62,303 nt of DNA from positions 3,375,435 to 3,437,737 of the forward strand of contig BFEA01000026.1 in assembly GCA_003427395.1 (NCBI GenBank). Reading direction: 5' to 3'. Positions 1 through 9,899 of the stretch are shown here, one piece after another. Below the pieces are notes generated by a model. That model was not told the origin of the DNA. It did no database searches and saw nothing but the letters and a program-made list of their open reading frames with translations. This DNA is from Chara braunii (taxonomy: Eukaryota; Plantae; Charophyceae). How positions within the stretch are numbered: the first letter of the stretch is position 1; every line of letters starts with the position of its first letter. The position numbers and the translations under genes were made by a program.

Positions 1-710
1 TAGAGTAGAAGTCCAGCTGCAGTCCTTCTAGAAGGTTGGCAAGTGGTCAAGTGGAGTGACTAAAGCAAGCCCATGTTGGAGACGAGGACAAGTGGCAAGG
101 GCAAATAGTAGGACCCCAGTGCGACTGCACTGCGTCGTAGGGTTGTCACTATGCAGTCATGGGAAAGTCTAGAAAGTACCAGTCCGGTCCAGCAAGTACC
201 ACAGAGGGGACTGTGTGCCCCATGGGCCAGGGATGCAAGGCAAACGAATGCAACACAGAAGTATAAATCCAGAGGCTGCGTCCAGCCATTCATTCATTCC
301 TGCGGAAGCTCTGCGGAAGCGCTGCTCGGGCGTCTTGTGCAAGGGAGGTCTGCAGATGGCCTGAAGACGAAGAGGGCAGAAGTTAGTGATAGGCTAGTTA
401 GCTGTTAGTGGCCATGTGCCATAGCCATAGATAGTTAGTGAGTGTGTATTTGTGTGTGCAGTGGTTGGCGTGCATGGTATCCAGGGTGATCCGGAGTCGA
501 GTTGCGTGTGAACTCTGAGTCGAACGTGTAAGTGTGGGCGCCCAGCGCCATAGTCAACTGAAGTAAATTTGGATTTGAGTTGAGTTGCAAGCTACCATAT
601 CTCCGAGTTTGAGTTGGGTGCACAGCGCCAGGCTATTCTCATCTGTTGCATGCATGTTTGAGTGTGGATTTGCAAGACTGATTTCAAAATAAAAAAAAAA
701 AGAAGAAGAA

Positions 711-849
711 GAAGCAGTGTTCCAGAAGGACTGAAAACGAAGAAGCAACGTTCCAGAAGGACTGAAACAGAAGAACCAGACCTCCAGGAGGACCGAAACG
801 GAAGCAGCAGAGTCCCAGAGGGACTGAAACAGAGAAGCAGAGTTCCAGA
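711..849. repeat. Minisatellite, about 30-31 bp unit (GAAGCAG.GTTCCAGAAGGACTGAAAC..), about 4.5 diverged copies
   Basis: Repeated ttccagaaggactgaaa / ctccaggaggaccgaaa / tcccagagggactgaaa directly upstream of the U6 copy. Confidence 0.85.
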
Positions 850-884
850 TAAACAACTATGGTAACTTGGAGCAGAAGCAGAAG

Positions 885-980
885 GTGCTCGGGACATACG
901 TTAAACTTCAAATGATACAGAGAAGATTAGCATGGCCCTTGCACAAGGATAACACGCAGATATCGATAAATGGTCCTTTT
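885..980 (+). pseudogene. U6: Full-length, diverged U6 snRNA copy (probable pseudogene)
   Basis: gatacagagaagattagcatggccc (914-938) matches the U6 ACAGAGA box and AGC triad exactly. It continues ttgcacaaggataacacgcagatatcgataaatggtcc-tttt, matching the plant-type U6 3' half with substitutions in the ISL. No obvious TATA/USE upstream. Confidence 0.9.
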
Positions 981-1234
981 AAACTTTGGGGGGGAAGGGG
1001 GGGGAAGAGGAAGAGAGAGAGAGGGAACAGAAGCAGAAATCTCCACTCTCCACCTGCAGCAAGTTAAATAAGGCTGCCTGGAACTGCAAACCACCACCAA
1101 AGAAGCAGTACAGTGGCCCTAGAAGAGGGAAAACAGCAAAAAAGGAAGGGGGCTGAGAGAGGTAGGGAGGCAAGAAGGGGAGGCGATAAGCTTGCAATAC
1201 AGCCTTGCCCAGGAGTTTAACCACTAAACTGAGA

Positions 1235-1413
1235 AATGGTTAATGGAAGGCCCAAAATTCGGGGGTTTTCGCCACATCACGACAAGCAAACTCATTCAAA
1301 ATTTTCACGAAAATTTCCGAATTCGGTGTTTTTGCCAATTTTTTCGTTACTGGTCCAAATACGTCAAAACTGAATACAGATATACCCTGAAGCACATACA
1401 TATCACACACGCA

Positions 1414-1446
<33 letters not shown>

Positions 1447-1506
1447 AGGGAAATATGGCAGTTTCGGTGAAAAGTTTGCCGAAAATGGCACCATCTATTA
1501 ACCATT
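1235..1506. mobile_element. Possible small MITE
   Basis: Imperfect 13-bp terminal inverted repeat (aatggttaatgga ... tctattaaccatt), similar to the termini of the 16136-16398 element. No TSD resolved. Confidence 0.35.
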
Positions 1507-1630
1507 AGTGAGACAGAAAGAGAAACTGTGTTGTTGGATCAAAATCGTTGACCCAATGAGCTCACAGAGCAAAGGCTGGTCTGCTAAGAAAGGGCAGGCC
1601 TCGAGAGAACGAGGGGGGTCGTAAAAGGTA

Positions 1631-1734
1631 CCGTCTTCCACCGAATAGAACAGACAGTCATTATCACTGTGTCTATACTGAAAGTTGCCCCACATACGGC
1701 AATAATGACCATCCCTTCGATTCAGGGAAGACGA
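1631..1734. mobile_element. About 100-125 bp hairpin MITE (Tc1/mariner-type, TA TSD), copy 1, immediately downstream of the RAD51C stop
   Basis: ta|ccgtcttccaccgaata ... ttcagggaagacga|ta. The interior is the reverse complement of the copy at 5225-5334. Confidence 0.7.
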
Positions 1735-1756
1735 TAGCCGAGCCGGTGGTTCAAGG

Positions 1757-2887
1757 TCATTCGTTGTAATCGGGGTGCGGGCGTTTGCGACTCTCCCTCG
1801 CAGATCGAATGCCCTTCGATGTCACAGAAAATGGCGCCATTCCAGCTTTCAACGAAGGCGATTTGTACAGGTGAGCGTATCGGCCATCATCCATCCAGAA
1901 CAGCACGAGGCGATTTGTGCATGCATGCGACCAGCTTTCGCCAAGAGCCGGCACGATCATTGCCGCAGAATTACGCTTATCTCCGACTGCTCCCATCTTC
2001 TTTACCGTAACTTGATTGATGAGTACAATTGCAACGTTGCGCATTTCTGAAACGTTCATCAGCTTCATCGACATCTCATTCAGCAATCGAGTCCGCAGTG
2101 CCATGTCTTGGAAATCCTGCCTAAAATGGAAAGTCACACTATCAATGACGACAAGTCGCACACGTCGATGCTCTCTGCAGAAGTTGTCCAGCGTGTTGAT
2201 GACGGCAATCTGCTCCGTGTGGTCATGAACGCGTACATAGTGAATGTTGGCAAGAGCTTCGTCCCTGCTTAATCTGCTAGCTGCCCTTTCCGCCTCCGGT
2301 TTCTTAGAACAAGCGGCAGCCTGCCGAACATCTTCCAGCCAGCCATTAACCATTTCTACGAGCCTCTCGACCATAAAACTCCCCTCTGTATCTATGTACA
2401 ATGCCTCTCCGTCAGCTCCCGACAACTCTGAAGGTGTCTGCACAGAGACCGACAACTGCATTCCTAGCTGTGTTTTGCCAATCCCAGGCATTCCGCAGAT
2501 CTCGGTCACTGCTTTGGGGCATATTCCGCCTGCTAAGAGTGTGTCGAATTCCTCGCACATCGTGCTTATCATAGTCTGGGCTCTTTCTTGTTGCAATATC
2601 TCAAAGGCTGTCTGTGCGCCAGCCAACGCACTCCCAGACGCAGAGGAGACCCGGGGTAGAGACTTCAGCACCTGCAGTGCTTCCTCGTGCATCAGTTGTG
2701 CATCCCTTGCAAGCTGAACAGCGCTTATGCCTTTCAAGTCCCCGACCGTGCGAAATCCGGAGCCAAGGAGCTTTGAACGAAGGGTAGGCGGCAATTTCAG
2801 CACCGTGACCTCCATCCTTGGATGGGAATAACTATTCACAACGGCGGTTTTGTCGGATGCCTTTGCACCCATCGATCCACTGTCCAT
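1757..2887 (-). CDS. RAD51C: DNA repair protein RAD51 paralog C, single coding exon
   Basis: Intact ORF with the first ATG at 2887. The RAD51C-like N-terminus MEVTVLKLPPTLRSKLLGSGF..SAVQLARDA starts at 2815. Walker A GMPGIGKT, YIDTEGSF, Walker B LVVIDS(VTFHFRQDF) and the RAD51C-typical C-terminal motifs PALGESWSHACTNRLVL and YAHLYKSPS are present. A 3' splice site tctctgcag|gaaaATG lies immediately upstream of the ATG. Confidence 0.93.
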   Translation of the reverse strand: MDSGSMGAKASDKTAVVNSYSHPRMEVTVLKLPPTLRSKLLGSGFRTVGDLKGISAVQLARDAQLMHEEALQVLKSLPRVSSASGSALAGAQTAFEILQQERAQTMISTMCEEFDTLLAGGICPKAVTEICGMPGIGKTQLGMQLSVSVQTPSELSGADGEALYIDTEGSFMVERLVEMVNGWLEDVRQAAACSKKPEAERAASRLSRDEALANIHYVRVHDHTEQIAVINTLDNFCREHRRVRLVVIDSVTFHFRQDFQDMALRTRLLNEMSMKLMNVSEMRNVAIVLINQVTVKKMGAVGDKRNSAAMIVPALGESWSHACTNRLVLFWMDDGRYAHLYKSPSLKAGMAPFSVTSKGIRSARESRKRPHPDYNE

Positions 2888-3083
2888 TTTCCTGCAGAGA
2901 ACTGACCAGCTGGCCAAACCTGCTACAGACTAAGCAACAACCTGGCTCAGGTGACCACCACCATAATATCCGGCGAACGTATTCAGTGATCATTCTGACT
3001 GCTGTGCAACGGCATTAATCACATTTGTCGGAACATTGGCACTTCTCGTCCCTATGCAGGGATAATTCTGAATGGTATGGCAT

Positions 3084-3086
<3 letters not shown>

Positions 3087-3177
<91 letters not shown>

Positions 3178-3233
3178 NNNNNNNNNNNNNNNNNNNNNNN
3201 NNNNNNNNNNNNNNNNNNNNNNNNNNNNNNNNN

Positions 3234-3273
<40 letters not shown>

Positions 3274-3320
3274 TGTGTGTCTGTGTGTGTGTATGTCTGT
3301 GTGTGTGTGTGTCTGTCTGT
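3087..3320. repeat. Compound (CT)n/(GT)n microsatellite with gap
   Basis: Seen directly. Similar tracts at 5371-5552, 6185-6272, 7990-8104, 11764-11842 and 62201-62290. Confidence 0.95.
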
Positions 3321-4342
3321 GAAGGGTACGGCATGTAATCAATCACACATGTCAGCATGCGCATGGCACCTTCTGTGTGACAACAATCAACCGTTTCATC
3401 ATGGAGGTTCTTCTTACCCAGGCAAGGCCAACCCGAGTTAATGAACCTGATGATGAGCCAGATCTACCACAGAGACCGAAAAACAGATGGACTGATGACC
3501 CTGATTACAAAGACAGAACCTAGTATGACCATACCTTTCTCCTTACAAGTTAGCGCACCCGTTCGCGCCTCGTCTCCTTGAGATAGACTGGGTAAGAGGA
3601 GCTCAGGCCTTCCTGGGCTCATCCCCTCATTCCCTCAGTGCTGCCGAGTGCATGCCCGCGATTCAAAGGCCAGCTTCAAAATTATGCACTCCAGATGACA
3701 GAACCTGTCAGAACAGACCCAGTCCATGTGGCTGAAAACAGTAGGCATGCAACTGCTCTTAGTACACAACATGATTCCGCATCCTGATAGAATCAAATGA
3801 CCGCCATAGACTTAGGGATCACCCCTCATATTCGCAGATGGTTGGATGGCTGAGTGAATGTCTTGTGAGGATTACTCTCGCTGTCCGGCTTGGTCAAGAG
3901 AATGAGTAGCGTGAATCACCTTCGCTCTTTCACTTGGTTGAGTGATTGTATTGTGTGGATCTTTTACAATCCATGAACGATTGAGTGTGTTTGTTGTGTG
4001 AATTTGTGTTACTTGAATTCTTTTTGTTGTATGATGTGGTCAAACAAGTGCGCCACGTGAACTCTTCTCATCAGGAAGAATAGATTGATAATGAACAGTA
4101 TGTTACTCGCACGGTGCATTAACAATTGTCTGTTGGCATGAAAACTGGTGGGAGCAACGGTGGTCGGTGGGGGCTGCCACCCTCTTCACGCCTGGAAAGG
4201 TCCAACCGTAGTAGTTGGACTGGTCCAAGTAGGAGAAGGGGGGGTGCAAGGTCCCCCACTTCCCCACTTGCACGGAGGATTAAACCACCAGAATAGTTGT
4301 CCAGCCATTTTTTTCTCCAATGCTTTTTCTCTGACGCGGCGT

Positions 4343-4485
4343 GTATGCAGCCGCAAGTTTAGGGGTCGGCCTGCCAGAGCAAAATGGCTGACGGGGCCGG
4401 CCAAAAAAAGGTGCAGGTATGCAGCCGCAAGTTTAGGGGTCGGACTGCCAGAGCAAAATGGCTGACGGGGCCGGCCAAAAAAAGG
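4343..4485. repeat. Tandem duplication, 74-bp period, 2 copies
   Basis: gtatgcagccgcaagtttaggggtcgg(c/a)ctgccagagcaaaatggctgacggggccggccaaaaaaag at 4343 and 4417. Confidence 0.9.
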
Positions 4486-4865
4486 CCTGCACCGGTTCCT
4501 TTGTTTTGGTGGTGCGTAGCGCATTTCGAGCATTGGCAAGGGAATGGGTTAAGAGTAATGGTGGTTTATTTAAGAGAAGATAAAGGATGTTGATCTTCGT
4601 TATGTATGACTGGTATCCCTTGACCTGTGCAAATGGGACCTCGCCCCGGGCGATCGGACGGTTGGGTGAAATTATGCGCCTCTTCTGAAATGTTCTTTAC
4701 GTTTTTTGTCCCTTCTTTTTTGTGTTTCGTTCTGAATTGAAGAGGTGCAGCTCCTCCGCCCAACCCAGGTGTCAGAAAGCATCCACAGCCCATGCAGGTG
4801 CGCTCCACCCAGCCCAGGGAAAAGATCTACCTTTGCCATTGGCCCACTGCCAGTTGGGGGATCAA

Positions 4866-5064
4866 CAGTTAACGCATGTAACTGTCAATGAGTAGATCAG
4901 GAGTTCAAATCCTCTAACTGTGGGCTCCCTGAGGATTTGAACTCCCATGATCTACTCATCCACAGTTACACTGGCTCCCTGAGGATTTGAACTCCTGATC
5001 TACTCATCCACAATTAACGAAGGTAACTGTGGATGAGTAGATCAGGAGTTCAAATCCTCAGGGA
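4866..5064. repeat. Foldback array: four copies (two per orientation) of an about 35-bp unit containing a B-box/T-loop-like GGAGTTCAAATCCT
   Basis: atgagtagatcaggagttcaaatcctc and its reverse complement gaggatttgaactcctgatctactcat are arranged forward, reverse, reverse, forward. 4976-5064 forms a near-perfect hairpin. Confidence 0.85.
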
Positions 5065-5224
5065 AAGGCACAAGATGGATACAAGAACAATTTTATGGGC
5101 TTTGACCATTTGGAAAAAAGAGAAAAGAAAAAACGAAACGAATTGAAGGAAAAGCTCTGACTTAGCAAAAACAAGCAAAACGCTCAGGAAGACCTTTGTT
5201 CGAACTCAGTGCGTATACTTAGAT

Positions 5225-5334
5225 GACTGTCTTCTCCCTGACTACATACAACGCATGGTCATCATGTCTGTATTTTTCTTGGGGCAACTTTCAGTCTAGA
5301 TACAGCAATAATCACCGTAGGTTCTATTTCGGGG
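5225..5334. mobile_element. Hairpin MITE copy 2 (degenerate)
   Basis: ctttcagtctagatacagcaataatcaccgtaggttctatttcgggg is shared with the 1631 copy (inverted) and the 7070 copy. Confidence 0.65.
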
Positions 5335-5367
5335 ACCGCAGCGAGGAGGACTTTCGAGACTGACCCT

Positions 5368-5434
<67 letters not shown>

Positions 5435-6184
5435 NNNNNNNNNNNNNNNNNNNNNNNNNNNNNNNNNNNNNNNNNNNNNNNNNNNNNNNNGTGTGGGTGT
5501 CTGTCTTTCTGTGTGTGTCTGTGTGTGTGTGTGTGGGTGGGTGGGTGTGTCTGTTTTCGCTGTCTGGTGATATATTTTTGTACTAAGCTGACCCGAACCT
5601 GCCCACTTCTTTCTTGCAACAGTGGCTCATGCTCACTCAGACTCCCACTCTCTGGCCAACTTCTTCCAGCACTAGCACTTCAGCCTCAAATCAGCACAAG
5701 GCGGAATGAATGCATGGCCTGGGGCAGACCCAGTATTGGTTGCTTTGACCCGGTCTGCCTGCGTTTACTTGCCTCCTCGTGTGGATGAGATTTCCTGATC
5801 TGCACGGCCAAGATTTTGTCATGGCCACATCGTGCCTTGGTCCTTGGAAGCTTCTGGAAACTTTGCTGAGCCTTTGGATTGTGTGTGATCTGTGGCTGTG
5901 GTTGACTCCTGAGAAATCTTTGACTCCCCGACTTCTGCGCCCGGGTTGGGCCTGTCTGTTGACTTTCCTAAGGCCTACTTTAACATCTAAGGGCCCTGGG
6001 GACTTCAATTCGACCGTTGAATCCAGCCAGGCCTACAAAGCTAAGGACATTCTGGCACCTCTTGGGAGGCTATAGGACCCACTTTTGACCCACAACTTCA
6101 AATTTTTGGCCAGACGCTAGGACCCTGAGGCTTGTTCTGTGCTGATTTGACATACGTTCCTCGCACCCTGCATAAATTTAATTT

Positions 6185-6275
<91 letters not shown>

Positions 6276-6896
6276 GCATCCATGCATGCACACATGCACA
6301 CACACAGAGGAGTAAACCACGACCAGTCCGATGGGCTGCCTCACCATCATGGCCCCAATATCTTCTGTTGCGTAATAGCAAGCTGCTTACGCAACAGTCA
6401 GGTCTGTGTGAAAGGGCCAGCGCGCAGATCAAGAAACAATACCGCCCTAGATATCTTCAATATCTACAGCCAGTATATCGTAGGCCATCACCTCACAGCA
6501 CACGAAAAGAAAAAACGAAACGAGTGCATCTTCCCACAGAAAATGGACAGGTTCTTCCGTTTGCTATAAATAGTGACGAACGTATTTTGCCACATTTCGT
6601 GGGGCAGATGCACTCTTTTTTTTCCGCTTAAGGTGCCGTGCCGTGAGGCCCTTGATCCCGTGCAAGGGGGACCTTGGCCCCAGGGGGCCCTGGCAGAAGT
6701 TCCGGCTTGGAATGAGGGAAACAACAAGGGCAGACGTAAACCCTCCTCTTTATTTACGTTTCTGTTTTGCTTTTCTTTTTCTCTTTTCTTTTCAAATGGC
6801 CGAATGCATTGACATATTAGCATAGAACTAACCAACCCAAAAAAAAAAAAAAAAAAAAAAACAGGCCAGGCAATCCAATCTTCAATCACCCGATGT

Positions 6897-6913
6897 AAAC
6901 CCTAAACCCTAAA
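6897..6913 (+). promoter_or_regulatory. Telo-box / interstitial telomere repeat (AAACCCT)x2
   Basis: AAACCCTAAACCCTAAA seen directly. A regulatory role is only inferred. Confidence 0.4.
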
Positions 6914-6951
6914 AAAGGGAGCAAACACCAGGTCATGTCAGATTGGAGAGA

Positions 6952-7053
6952 GTACCTTTATTGGCCCTTCGGCTAGAATTCTTTTTTTTTCTTCTTCCTT
7001 TTTTTTTTTGTGGCTAGAATTGGATCCACTGTAGTATCTGATCTCATCAGTTT
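6952..7053 (+). pseudogene. U2: U2 snRNA 5' fragment interrupted by a T-rich insertion
   Basis: gtacctttattggcccttcggcta resembles the plant U2 5' end (ATACCTTTCTCGGCCTTTTGGCTAAGATC). tgtagtatctgatctcatcagttt (7030-7053) matches the U2 branch-point recognition region TGTAGTATCTGTTCTTATCAGTTT at 22/24. The insert 6981-7011 is flanked by duplicated GGCTAGAATT. Confidence 0.75.
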
Positions 7054-7069
7054 TCAAAACCAGCGGGCC

Positions 7070-7195
7070 CAGCTACCTTCTTCCCCCGAATACAACGTAC
7101 GGCCATTATAGCTGTGTGTGTATTTAGTGTATCTTTCAGTCTAAATACAGCAATAATGACCGTACGTTGTACTCGGGGCTGAAGACGGTTAGCTG
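7070..7195. mobile_element. Hairpin MITE copy 3 (best preserved foldback)
   Basis: The 5' arm ccccgaatacaacgtacggccattatagctgt pairs with the 3' arm acagcaataatgaccgtacgttgtactcgggg with 3 mismatches. The outer ends cagcta..ttcttc / gaagacggttagctg also pair. Confidence 0.75.
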
Positions 7196-7520
7196 CTACA
7201 CCCATGAACTGTTGAAATACAGACCCCTGAGATCAAATCCAGATGCTACCAGATGAACAGAATCAAATAATTCCGATCAGTTTTAAGCCACCAGTACCTC
7301 CAACCCTCACTTTCCCCGTGGCGGATTTGCAGCTTATTTTTTCGGCTCATTTTTTAGGCTCATTTTTTAGGCTCATTTTCTCGGCTCATTTTTTCGGCAG
7401 TGGCGCGGGCAGCCAAAAAGAGGTCCAGGAGGCAGAACCCCCGAAGAATGCGGTGGTAGGCAAATTGACCAAATTCGTCACGAATGTGAAAGGAACAGTG
7501 GTCGTTTAACACCTGATCAC

Positions 7521-7558
<38 letters not shown>

Positions 7559-7646
7559 GATTTAGAAAAAAATAAAATAAAATAATTTGAATAAATAATT
7601 GAAAATAAATAAACCTACAAAGCTACCAAAATAGGAAACGAAACAT

Positions 7647-7804
7647 GTCCTTCAGGAAATCCGTTATAATTCGGAACGATACATAGGAAGAAAGACTACC
7701 ATGACCCAATGAAAATGAAAACAAAAGGCAAAAGGAAAAAAAGAACAGTAGCATAGCCCCTGTGCAGTTAAGGAAGAGACACACACAGATCGAGAAATAG
7801 TCCA
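7647..7804 (+). pseudogene. U6: U6 snRNA copy split by an about 41-bp A-rich insertion, with duplication of the TAGCATGGCCC segment
   Basis: The 5' part is gtccttcaggaaatccgttataattcggaacgatacataggaag..actaccatgaccc (7647-7707), followed by the A-rich insert 7708-7748 and the 3' part tagcatagcccctgtgcagttaaggaagagacacacacagatcgagaaatagtcca. An extra exact U6 3'-end 15-mer, atcgagaaatggtcc, lies at 7910-7924. Confidence 0.8.
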
Positions 7805-7986
7805 CACACACCACAACCCCTCCGGAGAAAAGGAACGTCAACCCTACCCCCCCCCCTCTCTTTCGTTACAAACGGGTAAAAAGGAAACAACAACTGCTAC
7901 TATTTATCCATCGAGAAATGGTCCCCACTACCTGACTTCCTCAGGTTGCCTCGCCCTCATTTTGCCCTTCACGAGCGGATGTCAGA

Positions 7987-8073
<87 letters not shown>

Positions 8074-8074
8074 N

Positions 8075-8105
<31 letters not shown>

Positions 8106-9899
8106 CTCCCACCCCCTCTCCGCTCCTTATGTTCGTTTCCTCTTCATCTTCCATACACAAAGCACAACTTCGACCATCGCCAGGATAAGCACTGTTGCAG
8201 GATCGGGGCGTGCTGCAGCACTCCCCCCCCTGTCAACTGAAGTATTTTTTTTTTTTTTTTTTTTTTCAACTGAAGTATTTACCCCTCCTCTCTTGCCAAG
8301 TGTTTTGTCCTCCCTAAATGTCTATGTGCTTGCCGGGTACAGGTGCACTCAAGGAATTCGCAAGACACGCATCCATCGTGTCCCCTATCTTCCTCCTGAC
8401 ATTTTTTTCCCTCCTTTTTTTTTTCAATTCACGGACGGTGTCATCAACCTAAACCCACCCAATTCACGCACTGCAAAGCCTGCTTCTTTTCGGATTCACG
8501 TAAATGGATCCTATGGATTTGTGGGTGTAATCCTCTAGCAAGTCCACTATGTATATTTAGGGCGGGAAAAATACGATCCTATCGAAGGGTCATGGAAGGG
8601 TAAGTTGACGGGTCCCTTGAGTGTGTTAAGTGGTTACTTGGCCCTCTGGTTCCGGGGGGGGTTCTTGGCCTCCTGTGTATCACAGGCTTATGCAAACCAA
8701 CCACGACCGTCCGATCAACGACGATCAGCTCACCTCCTCTCTGTTATCAGTCTTACCCCTCCTCTCTGCCAGACATGCTTGCCACGCGTCAATACGAGAT
8801 CATTCCCACCCTCGACTCTTCTTGCATTCTCTTCTCCCCCTTCTGACCCTCCTCCTCTCCTCCCTTCTAACCCTCCTCCTCTCCTCGCTTCTCCTCCTAT
8901 CCTCCTCATCGCTTCTCATTACTCTTCCTCTGCCGCCTTCCCATCCCAGTCAGGCGAGACTGCCACCTGGCACCGTCGACATTTTTCCTCTACTATCCCC
9001 CCTGCTCTCGCGGCCGCGTCCCACTCCAGTCCCGATATGCCGTCCCGATGTGCCTCCTATGGCACACGGCGAACGCTTCTCCCGCTTCTTACCTCTCGCC
9101 CCCTATGCTTGGATCCCCACATGGCTTCCACGTGGCACAAACACGTCGTTCCATCCTCCCTCTCTTCCTTCTTCTTCTTCTTCTTCTTACTGTTATTATT
9201 ATTATTATTATTATTATTGTTATTATTACGTATTATCTTATTATTATTATCATTATTTTACTGTTATTCTCGTTATTATTATTGTTATTTCATCACCACG
9301 GATCCTGGCGTGTCTGCCACGTGTCTACCACGTGTCTGGCACGTGGGACGGTCAGGCACTCACACGTTCATGCCTTCGTCTTCTTGCGCCTCAAGATACG
9401 GAGAGGCGGAGGAAAGATGATGGACATGGAGACTGCAAACGATGAGGAAGGTGTAGAGATAGAGGTGGAAAGGTGGGAGTAGAGGAGGGGGGGGGAAGGT
9501 GATGGAGATGGAGAAGGTGCAGGAGGAAAGGTGGGAGGAGGCGAAGGAGGAGGAAGAGGAGGAAGTGGAGGAGCAAAGGTGTGAGGAGGAGGAGGAGGAG
9601 GGTGCGTGGTTTGTAAGAATCTTACCTGCGTGGTGACGGCAACACAATACGGGCAGAACCAGCGGCGATGGCAATACCCGGGCCACTCCAGCTACGCCCA
9701 CAGGCGGGACCACCACAGGTTCGAAATTCGAATTGGATGGGTGCGGAGTTGGCTGTGGGCCAGGCGGAGAAGAGGTCTGCCCCTGGATTACCCTGGACGC
9801 GAAGGTGGGTGCGGGGCAGGGAGAGAAGATGGCTGCCTGTAGAGGGGCAAGATGGCTCCCCAGTAGAGGGGCAGATGGCAAAAGAAGTACGCCTGCCAC

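Noticed and set aside
3445-3500. Hammerhead ribozyme core (CTGATGA...GAAA)
   Set aside because: No convincing flanking helices could be drawn.
8605-9899. Several ORFs of 144-271 aa
   Set aside because: They are overlapping low-complexity frames across (TTA)n/(TTC)n and CT-rich tracts, with no recognisable domain.
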